Of a stretch of DNA of 64,000 bases, positions 1-9,943 are shown piece after piece (the stretch's first letter is position 1; each line of letters begins with the position of its first letter). The stretch is from an uncultured Methanosarcinaceae archaeon. GTDB taxonomy: Archaea; Halobacteriota; Methanosarcinia; Methanosarcinales; Methanosarcinaceae. The DNA is taken from assembly GCA_963733675.1 (NCBI GenBank), contig CAVTET010000001.1, positions 1 through 64,000 on the forward strand. The letters are read 5' to 3'. A program made the position numbers and the translations under genes. The notes under the pieces were generated by a model. That model ran no database searches. It was not told where the DNA came from and worked only from the letters and a program-made list of their open reading frames with translations.

Positions 1-1005
1 ATTATTCATGTTACATCGCCTAACGCAGTATTATTCATGTTATATCTTATTATTCATGTTATATCTAATTATTCATGTTATATCTAATTATTCATGTTAT
101 ATCTAATTATTCATGTTATATCTAATTATTCATGTTATATCTAATTATTCATGTTATATCTAATTATTCATGTTATATCTTATTATTCATGTTATATCTA
201 ATTATTCATGTTATATCTAATTATTCATGTTATATCTAATTATTCATGTTATATCTTATTATTCATGTTATATCTAATTATTCATGTTATATCTAATTAT
301 TCATGTTATATCTAATTATTCATGTTATATCTAATTATTCATGTTATATCCCTAACTATATTCATGTTATATCTAATTATTCATGTATATCTTATTATTC
401 ATGTTATATCTAATTATTCATGTTATATCTAATTATTCATGTTACATCGCCTAATGCAGTATTATTCATGTTATATCTGAATTATTCATGTTATATCTAT
501 TATTCATGTTCATCTAATTATTCATGTTATATCTAATATTCATGTTATTCTAATTATTCATGTTATATCTAATTATTCATATTACATCCTTAATGCAATA
601 TTATTCATGTTACATCGTTAATATTAATATATGCATATATTATTCATGTATATCGCCTATCAATATTATTCATGTTATATCTAATTATTCATGTTATATC
701 GCCTAACGCAGTATTATTCATGTTATATCTTATTATTCATGTTATCAATTCATAATTATTACATGTTCACGTATTACATTAAATATTATTCAATGTTACA
801 TCGTTGTCATATGAAATATTATTCATGTTATATCTAATTATTCATGTTATATCTAATTATTCATATTACATCTTATTATTCATGTTACATCGCTTAATGC
901 AATATTATTCATGTTACATCTAAATTAATTCAATATGTTATATCTTATTATTCATGTTATATCTAATTATTCATGTATATCTAATTATTCATGTTACATC
1001 GTCTA
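1..1005. repeat. Tandem array A: 19-bp unit ATTATTCATGTTATATCTA, about 40 copies, with interspersed 29-bp variant ATTATTCATGTTACATCGCCTAACGCAGT
   Basis: Near-perfect 19-bp periodicity at 30-350, degenerating rightwards; 29-bp variant at 1, ~432, ~684, ~875. Confidence 0.95.
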
Positions 1006-1254
1006 TTATTTATTGCTACATAATCATATTACATGTTGCATCATGATCGTACAATATTATTGTACATTACATTTATATCATGTATTATTTTAATACATGA
1101 TGCATTACTACAATATATATTATTTACATACGAATAATGTAATATATTATTTACGTTGTATATTTCTAATAGTATTGTTCATATAATATTATTGTTATAC
1201 ATATTATTATATATACAAGACAAATGCAATATTATTCATATACTTATTTTTTAT

Positions 1255-2625
1255 AATAATGATCAGTGATTACTACAATTAATTAAAAAATAAACAAGAA
1301 AAATGCAATATTTATTTACGTTGATATTTCTTTAGACCATTTTTTTTAATAATATTATATAATTATTAAAAAAAACAAGAAAAGTGCAATATTTATTTAC
1401 GTTGATATTCTTTAACTAGTTATTACTATATATTAATTATTAAAAAAAAACAAGAAAAGTGCAATATTTATTTACGTTGATATTTCTTTAGACCTTATTT
1501 TATAATAATAATTATTAAAATTAATTAAAAAAAAACAAGAAAAGTGCAATATTTATTTATGTTGATGTTTCTTTAGACCAATGATTATTATAATTAATTA
1601 AAAAAAACAAGAAAAATGCAATATTTATTTATATTATATTTTTTAACTAATGATTATTGCAATTATTAAAAAAAACAAGAAAAATGCAATATTTATTTAC
1701 GTTGATGTTTCTTTATACCTTTTTTTTTAATATAATGATTACTAATATTAATTAAAAAAAAACAAGAAAAGTGCAATATTTATTTACGTTGATATTTCTT
1801 TATGTCTTTTTTTTAATAATTATTACTACAATTAATTAAAAAAACAAGAAAAATGCAATATTTATTTAGTTATAATGTTTTCTTTAATAATGATCATGAT
1901 TATTACAATTAATAAAAAACAAGAAAAATGCAATATTTATTTACGTTGATTTTCTTTAATGATCAGTGATTACTACAATTAATTAAAAAAAAACAAGAAA
2001 AATGCAATATTTATTTACGTTGATGTTTCTTTATACCTTTTTTTAATAATCAATGATTACTACAATTAATTAAAAAAAAACAAGAAAAATGCAATATTTA
2101 TTTACGTTGATATTTCTTTATACCTTTTTTTTTAATAATGATTAATGATTAATACTAATTAATAAAAAAACAAGAAAAATGCAATATTTATTTACGTTGA
2201 TATTTCTTTATGACCTTTTTTTTAATAATCAATGATTACTACAATTAATTAAAAAAAACAAGAAAAATGCAATATTTATTTACGTTGATATTTCTTTATA
2301 CCTTTTTTTTAATAATCAATGATTACTACAATTAATTAAAAAAAAACAAGAAAAATGCAATATTTATTTACGTTGGATATTTCTTTAGCCCTTTTTTTTA
2401 TAATAATCAGTGATTACTACAATTAATTAAAAAAAACAAGAAAAATGCAATATTTATTTACGTTGATATTTCTTTATACCTTTTTTTTAATAATGATAAG
2501 TGATTACTACAATTAATTAAAAAAACAAGAATTTTAATTACTGCAATATTTATTTATACCTTTTATTGTTAATTGAAAAACCTGCAATTAATTAAAAAAA
2601 CAAGAAATTAATTTAGTGCAATATT
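1255..2625. repeat. Tandem array B: ~70-90-bp unit with core CAAGAAAAATGCAATATTTATTTACGTTGATATTTCTTTA, ~15 full plus 2 partial copies
   Basis: Core starts at 1295, 1376, 1451, 1536, 1608, 1676, 1763, 1845, 1920, 1994, 2081, 2171, 2259, 2347, 2437 (partial at 2526, 2601). Confidence 0.95.
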
Positions 2626-2799
2626 TATTAATGTTGATTTCGGTATACCAGATTGAATTATTATAAAAATATTATAATAATAAAAGTGGAAACTCATAGA
2701 TATTCATGAATAATCCTAGTACTACCTATGATGATAATTTATTATATGAATAATATTGCATAGGCGACATACACGAACCAATAAATTTAATGTTGAATT

Positions 2800-3445
2800 A
2801 TTATTATATTATGTTAAAATTATTTTACGTTGAAATATTATTTGAAATTATTATTAGATTAGATTATTATTATTTTGAAATATATTATATTGGAATTAAA
2901 TGTTGAAATTATAATTATATTGGAATTATAATTTTAAATATTGTCATGTATTAAATCGATTAGTTGAAATTATTGCGTCAGAATTAATTGTTACGTTAGA
3001 ATTATTATTGTTATCTACACAGTGTAGGAATTAATATGAAATTATTGCATTAGAAATATTCCTATGATAATTATATATGTGTAGATGTTAAAATTATTGT
3101 TACATAAATCATAGCTGTAAATATATCATGTTTAAATTATTACATCAAAATTATTATGTTGAAATTATTACATTAGAATATATAATGTTTAAATTATTAC
3201 ATCAAAATTATTATGTTGATAATTAATTACATCAAAATTATTATTGTCTTTTTTATTGTATCCAAAAATCCTCGTTGTATGATAATGATATGAATTCATT
3301 ACACACTTTATAATAATAACATCTTATTATGTTGAAATTTTAATATATTGAAATTTTAATATCTTTATTAAATCGTGATATTTTATTGTGTTAGAATCGT
3401 GATATTTTATTGTGTTAGAATCGTGACATTATTTATTGTGTTGGG
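2800..3445. repeat. Degenerate low-complexity repeats (GTTGAAATTATTA motif; ~57-bp x2 at 3131-3244; 24-bp AATCGTGATATTTTATTGTGTTAG x~3 at 3371-3445)
   Basis: Direct repeats read from the sequence. Confidence 0.8.
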
Positions 3446-3789
3446 ATTTAGCATTTTTTTATTAATTTTAACATCTCGCTATGTTGAAATTATAATATCT
3501 CGTTTATGTTATATAATAATTATTTTATTTTTATACAATAATTTGCACTTTAAAATAATAAATAATTATATATATTATTATTTTATATGTATGCATAATA
3601 ATAATATTAGAAAATGTGTGCAATAAAAAATATTAATAACATGCGAATAACGAAAAATATCAACAATATATGAATAATATTTAGCGACAATAGAAAATGA
3701 GGAAACATGAGTGACAAACAGGACAATAACGAGAAATATTAGGTAATACATGTATGGTGACTTCGCTTTTTTAGTATATTAGTACGTGT

Positions 3790-5900
3790 CTAATAACTAA
3801 AGTAAAGTGAAATTATGGTAATAAATATCTTTGTAACAACTACCGGAGGATAAGCAAAGTGGAATGCTCTTGATAACATATAAATAATAACTAAAGCAAA
3901 GTCAATGTTAGTAATACATGTATAAGTAACTAAAGCAAAGTCAATATTAATTTATACATATATAATAGTAATACATTCACAACAAGTACTATTAATAATA
4001 CATGCACAGTGACATACAATAGTGGTACATTGTATAGTGAGATGTAATAGTAATACATTCACAACAAGTACTATTAATAATACATGCACAGTAACTAATA
4101 CAATAGTAAGTACATGTATAAGTGAGATGTAATAGTAATACATTCACAAACAACTACTTATAATAATAACGTATAATAAGTACTATTAGTAAATATATGT
4201 ATAATAAGATATATTAGATGAAGAATAACTAAAGCAAAGTCAATAATACACGCATAATAACTAAAGCAAAGTCAACATTAAATAATACATGTATAACAAC
4301 AAATACCAATAAATAATATGTATACAAACGAAAAATATTAGTGACAATAGAAACAACGAGAACTATCAGTAAATAAGATATAATGATACTAAAGCAAAGT
4401 CAATATTAATAATACGTGCGTAATAAAAATTAAAGATCAATGAGTACATTGTAGAATACCTATTAGCAAAATCAATATTAATAATTACGACATATATATT
4501 AATAATTACAATACCGTAAAGATAATTGCAACATTGAATAATACATGTGCAACATTAATATTAATAATACATATATAATAAAATAATGCGAAATTGTGGA
4601 ATAATTGATAATACTCGTAGTAATAATTCAAATTGTAGAATAATTGCAACATTGTGGAATAATTGACTAAAGCAAAGTGGAATAATTAATAATACATTGT
4701 AATGACTAATGCAAAATTGTAAATAATTAATACATAAAAAGCAAAATTATAATATTATATAAAATTATGATGCCGAATAACTAAAGCAAAGTCAATAATA
4801 GTAATACATGTACAATACTAAAGCAAAGTCAATATAATTACACCACGTATAACATTGTAGTTATCTAAAGCAAAGTCAATATAATTACATACTGTAACGT
4901 GTATTATAGAATATAATTACACTACATATAACATGTAATTACGAAATATAACTACAATATCACAAAATAATTGCACTACGTATAACATTGTAGTTATCTA
5001 AAGCAAAGTCAATATAATTACTACAAATTGTAGTTATCTAAAGCAAAGTCAATATAATTAATATAACATTGTAGTTATCTAAAGCAAAGTCAATATAATT
5101 ATAACATTATAAAATAATTATAATTTTGTAGAATAAGTACAAGAGTATGCATATCATGGCAATAATTGCAATATTGTGTACTAAAGAATAATTGTAATAT
5201 TATAGAATAATTGTAACATTATAGAATAATTGTAATATTATAGAATAATTGTAATATTATAGAATAATTATAATATTATAGAATAATTGCAATATTATAG
5301 AATAATTACACTTCGTATAACATTGTAGTTATAAAATAGAATTACGCTACGCATAACATTGTGGTCATGAAACATATAACATTGTGGTTATCTAAAGCAA
5401 AGTCAATAGAATTACACTGCGTATAACATTGTAGTTATAAAATGGAATTACACTGCGTATAACATCGTAAAAGAATTACACTACGTATAACATTGTAAAA
5501 GAATATGTATAACATTGTAAAAGAATACGTATAACATTGCAAAAGAATACGCATAACATTGTAAAAGAATTACACTACGTATAACATTGTAATTATCTAA
5601 AGCAAAGTCAATATAATAATACATAGTATAATAATTGAAGTAAAGCAATAGTTACAATACGTATAACATGTGATAATAACTAAAGCAAAGTCAATATTAA
5701 AATACATATACAATAACTAAAGCAAAGTCAAATAATAATAATACATGCGTAATAACTAAAGCAAAGTCAATATTAGTAATATAATCCATGTACAACAATA
5801 ACTAAAGCAAAGTCAATATTATAATACAATGTATAATAACTAAAGCAAAGTCAATATTAGTAATACATGTACAATAACTAAAGCAAAGTCAATATTAATC
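3790..5900. repeat. Array C: repeats with core CTAAAGCAAAGTCAA (19 exact copies by hand count) embedded in related AT-rich units
   Basis: Core at 3891, 3930, 4229, 4261, 4389, 4781, 4818, 4865, 4998, 5038, 5079, 5393, 5597, 5680, 5717, 5756, 5802, 5840, 5878; also an ~82-85-bp unit x2.5 at 3964-4160. Confidence 0.92.
5186..5307. repeat. Array D: 19-bp unit GAATAATTGTAATATTATA x6
   Basis: GAATAATT at 5186, 5205, 5224, 5243, 5262, 5281, 5300. Confidence 0.92.
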
Positions 5901-6204
5901 ATATGAATAATATTATGGTAACCGCGGATAATTATAAGCGGGATAACATACACAAGCAACGATTGCATAGATGATATGAAGTACACAGTGAATTTCTATA
6001 GACATGCATGTTGTTTGAATTAGAGTGCCAATATTACTATTATCGAAAGTATTATTACATGTATTGTTTATATCTATACATTTAATTTAACACATTAAAT
6101 ATACTATGTGATTATTTATCTCATAATTGTCTTGTAATATTGCAATTAATTATTTCCCAACATTATAATAAATTTACATATTAAAATATAAATCAACATT
6201 AATA

Positions 6205-6456
6205 CTATTTACTTATTGCACATTTGCGTAGTATACCCATCAACCAACATGTGTCTGATAAATTCAATCTAAACACATATAAAGCGTCATCAGCTTGTTT
6301 TTCTTGTTTTTCATATATCTTCTTCACAACAGTGTCCAGTATATTTATTCCATTTAGCTTTAATGTTGTCTCATCAATCTCTAATTTATTACCATTAATC
6401 TCGAATATCCGACTTGTTGTTGATACTGCATCTCCCATCGTCTGCTCAGTTTCCAT
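6205..6456 (-). CDS. Orphan hypothetical protein (83 aa)
   Basis: ATG-initiated ORF with protein-like, non-repetitive composition inside the otherwise repetitive block; no family recognised. Confidence 0.35.
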   Translation of the reverse strand: METEQTMGDAVSTTSRIFEINGNKLEIDETTLKLNGINILDTVVKKIYEKQEKQADDALYVFRLNLSDTCWLMGILRKCAISK

Positions 6457-6707
6457 TTATTAGTCTTTATATCACTTTTTATGCGACATACTGATTAAAT
6501 TTATCTTTATCTGTTACAACTATGTAATAGCACGCCAGAAACTAATTTGCAAATTGTGTGGTGGTAAACAAAATTACATCCCAATATTATTACACATTTT
6601 TAGTAAGTAATACTATATGGTAAATTACATATTTTTCATGATATTATATCTCTATCTACATCAACTTTAATGATAATTATCTCTGTTCTAATATTATTAC
6701 ATATTTT

Positions 6708-7429
6708 TCATGATATTATATGTTCATTATGAGAATTATACTCGGTTCCATTTTTGAAAAAAAGAGACAGGGATAAGAAGAGATCCGTTACTGCGAAGGA
6801 GACTTTTGCATTGTCATACACATGTAAACTTGTGTGTTTATATCCAATAAATTCTTCAATTTCATAACTATGCTCATTTTTTACTTTGAAGAAAACATTT
6901 GGGGTAACAATGATATAAACTGGGATCTTTTTACGAGCGATCTCCAGAAACATTTTAGGAAAGCTTGGTAGAAATATAGATGCAAACCCCCTAAAATAAG
7001 TAGAAGTCATGACGTTGTCCATAAATGACTTATGGGAATCGTAGATGTATTCATGTTCATTTTTTACGATCCTACACTCTTTAAGATCCTAATTCTATTT
7101 AATAATGTATCAGGAATTGCAGTTAGATCATGGTTTTTCCAAAAATCTTCATTAGATTCTATAGCTTTAAGAGTATCCAGAAAAGGCTTGTAATATGCAG
7201 CTGAAACTTTCCCTAGAGGGGTTAAACGATACATCCCATCCTGTCTGACAATCATATTTGCAGATTCCATCTCCTTAAGGCGTGGTAGAATTTCAGGTGA
7301 CCTTACGTCGAAATAATCTTTGATTTCTGAAAGAGTTTTTGGACTCTCCTCAAGCAGAAATAAAATATCTTTTCTTTTTTCAGAAAAGGTTAGAATGCTC
7401 AAAAGTCCGCCGCCTTTAATATTTATCAA
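6708..7429 (-). pseudogene. Methanosarcina winged-HTH transcription regulator (ArsR-like HTH + DUF1724-type domain), frameshifted and 3'-truncated
   Basis: ORFs 7064-7429 (FSEKRKDILFLLEESPKTLSEIKDYF) and 6708-7022 join as LNRI(Q)DLKECRIVKNEHEYIYDSHKSFMDN if 1 nt is restored near 7090; homology is lost after KNGTEY (~6740). Confidence 0.85.
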
Positions 7430-7556
7430 CCCACTATTTTTATCATTTTCCTACAGGTCATTGAAGTTTTATATCCGTATGTAGATTATCCGATCTTTAT
7501 TTACTTGGATAGCTTAAAGTTTGTTGCTATCTCCGTTTATTGTCTCATATTAATTC

Positions 7557-7704
7557 GACAGTTGTATCCTGGTAATATACCATTGTTATAATCAATATGA
7601 ATTCCATATATATTATCTTTTTTAAAAGTCAGACAGTTGTATTCTGATAATATAACATTATTATAATCAATATGGATTCCATATATATTATCTTTTTTAA
7701 GAGT
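7557..7704. repeat. 75-bp tandem duplication covering the likely BRE/TATA promoter of the HTH regulator
   Basis: GACAGTTGTAT...ATATATATTATCTTTTTTAA at 7557 and 7632; minus strand reads AAAAAAGATAATATATAT. Confidence 0.8.
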
Positions 7705-8460
7705 AAAGTAGTTTCGAATATCTTCAGCCTCGAAATAATTTGTATAAACTCAGAAAAATATCAAAAAATTATGTGATGTTATGAAATCATTAATTATGGA
7801 AAAGAAGAATAGAATCATTTTAGTAGAGTTATAACCAGTTTACTGTCCGAATCTTTTGAATCATACACTATCGTTAATATAATTACTTTACTTGATGAAG
7901 CAAACTATAGACATCAAGAAGTTCTTAATGTTTATTTCATGTTGTAGCATCTCCTACCAATTTTATTGAATCTGAAGTCAATGATCTAAGATCGAAAATA
8001 TTAGAGATAGGACACGCATTCAGAAAAAACCATCTCCAAACGTATGCAACCCAACTTGATTTAAAGCACCCTTTCTTCAATTATGGAAATGAAAGATGAA
8101 GCTTTGATCTTAAAGTTGTCATATTTTCTCTATATCGATCTAGAAAGATAATTTTATAATTATAATTATTTTTATGCTCAATGATAATGGAGATTTTATA
8201 AGTTAAATATTTTTTCTGCAGACAAATACTTTCCTGAAGTTCATTTTGAATTATATTTTTTTAAAAAAAATTCGTTCTGCTGTTCCAGTATTTATCGATT
8301 ATCTTAATTGCTTGATTCGCCTCCAGTGCAGGGAAAATATGAAGAAAATTGCAATTTATTGTTGTAAATACGGTAACAATCAATCATCAAGAATCTTTTT
8401 CGCTAACTCTCCCTGTCTTCAATAGATCCCCATAAATCTGTTCGAACAAAAGTAACTGAA

Positions 8461-9599
8461 ACTATAGAGAATTTCGATACCTTTTCTGTATTTTGAGCGT
8501 TAGAGAGTTTTAATTTCTTAGCAATGATTTTTACTTATAAAAACTTACTGATTTTGCTCTTAAAAAAGAGTACACACTTCTTCAGTAAGCTGGAGACAAA
8601 TTTGTGAAATTAATTCCTTAATAGATTGGAAAATCTTTTCGTATCATTTTTGAGTTCATATATTCTAAAAAAGAATCCTTCTGAGACAAATACGAAGCTG
8701 ATGGCATCATTCTGGTTAAAATACTTGTTTTACAGCAATTGTATGGTATTTAAGACTTCATTTGAGAAACAATTTATTGATTGAATTTCTTTCAGAAAAT
8801 TTTTTGGTTTTTCTGATAACATACCAGACAGTACCACAATCAGCCGTTCCGAAAAGAATTATTGATAACTGCAAAGAAGAATAAATATGGGTACGTTTGC
8901 AAAGACAGCTTGATTGCCTTGGTTTGAAAATGAAACATGGAACGATTTAGGAATCTACTGTTATCCATTCAGATTCAGAATGTCCAAAAGCAGATAAACC
9001 TCGAGAAAATGAAGCAAAAAAGGAGAAGCCTAGCTGGATTTTGGACGAAAGGTTGGTAAGCCATGCTTTAAATATATATTTCATAGCATAATAACCAGGG
9101 ATTATGAGCTAATCAAAGTTTCAAGGTAACAACTCCATCACTTTATGATTCGTATGTAGATTTCTCTGAAAAAAATGAAGTTGTTTGGGGGGCAGAGGAT
9201 ACCTTGGAGCAAAATCAAAAATTTATGATGCAACACTGGGAAAAAGTAAAAGAACGTCCTTTGAAAATGGGTGATATATTAAAAACAAGATACTAATTCA
9301 AAAGATTTAAGGGGAACGAGTTTATGCAGTAACTAAAAAGACATTCAGACATCTAAGTTCTTGTCACTACTTCAAGGAGTGAATCCAAATATATTGGGTA
9401 CAACTTTGTGTTATAATCTCTATGTTTGATGACATTGGAAACTAAAAGGAGTATTTTAAGGGTAATAGAAAGCTATCTTTAAAATCAAAGAATAATGAAC
9501 CAGAAAAGAAAAAATAGGAGTACATAAATTAGCGAGAAAGATTTTGATAGGATCTCCGTAAAGAAAAAAAATCAAAGATAACTCTGAATCCTCTATAGT
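8461..9599 (+). mobile_element. Degenerate IS5-family element (transposase pseudogene), copy 1
   Basis: Imperfect IR ACTATAGAGAATTT (8461) / GAATCCTCTATAGT (9586); fragmentary motifs KILVLQQ, ISFRKF, IPDSTT, RDYELI, GERVYAVTK with many stops and indels. Confidence 0.85.
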
Positions 9600-9943
9600 A
9601 TTTGTTTCCCTGTCGCCATAACCTGATTTAAAATTAATTTGAATTTATCTGGAAAAGTGTAAAGAAAGAAGTTTAAAATAATTCATAGAATCCGTTATAG
9701 ATTCAAATAATTGATTTGATGTAAATATACAGAGTTAGCTAACTTACAATCAATTACAAAGAATTGTATGAAAATATTTTATAGCAAATAAAAAGTGTAG
9801 TAAATTGTATATTTGACTATAATCAGAACTGAAACAGACTGCTTTTTACAAAAGGCAATAAGTAATGTTTTAAGCATTTTTAAATTGAGTTTCATTTAAG
9901 GAAATGCCGCGAAAGAAAAAAACGGAAACTCAGAAGCTGAAAG

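Noticed and set aside
1255-2625. Array B as a CRISPR array
   Set aside because: The period is CRISPR-like, but the linkers are variants of one sequence, so it is a tandem repeat
3375-4143. ORFs 3375-3626 and 3952-4143 as genes
   Set aside because: They are translations of repeats with Ile/Tyr/Val/Cys-biased composition typical of AT-rich non-coding DNA
3891-5900. Array C as a CRISPR array
   Set aside because: The core is only 15-16 bp, intervening sequences are homologous to each other rather than unique spacers, spacing is irregular, and no cas genes or leader are present
5934-5949. lacO-like GCGGATAA / GCGGGATAACA (vector contamination)
   Set aside because: Match too short and no other vector sequence nearby
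7860-8460. Possible ISH3-like (+) and IS6-like (-) transposase scraps
   Set aside because: Too degraded to assign without a database search
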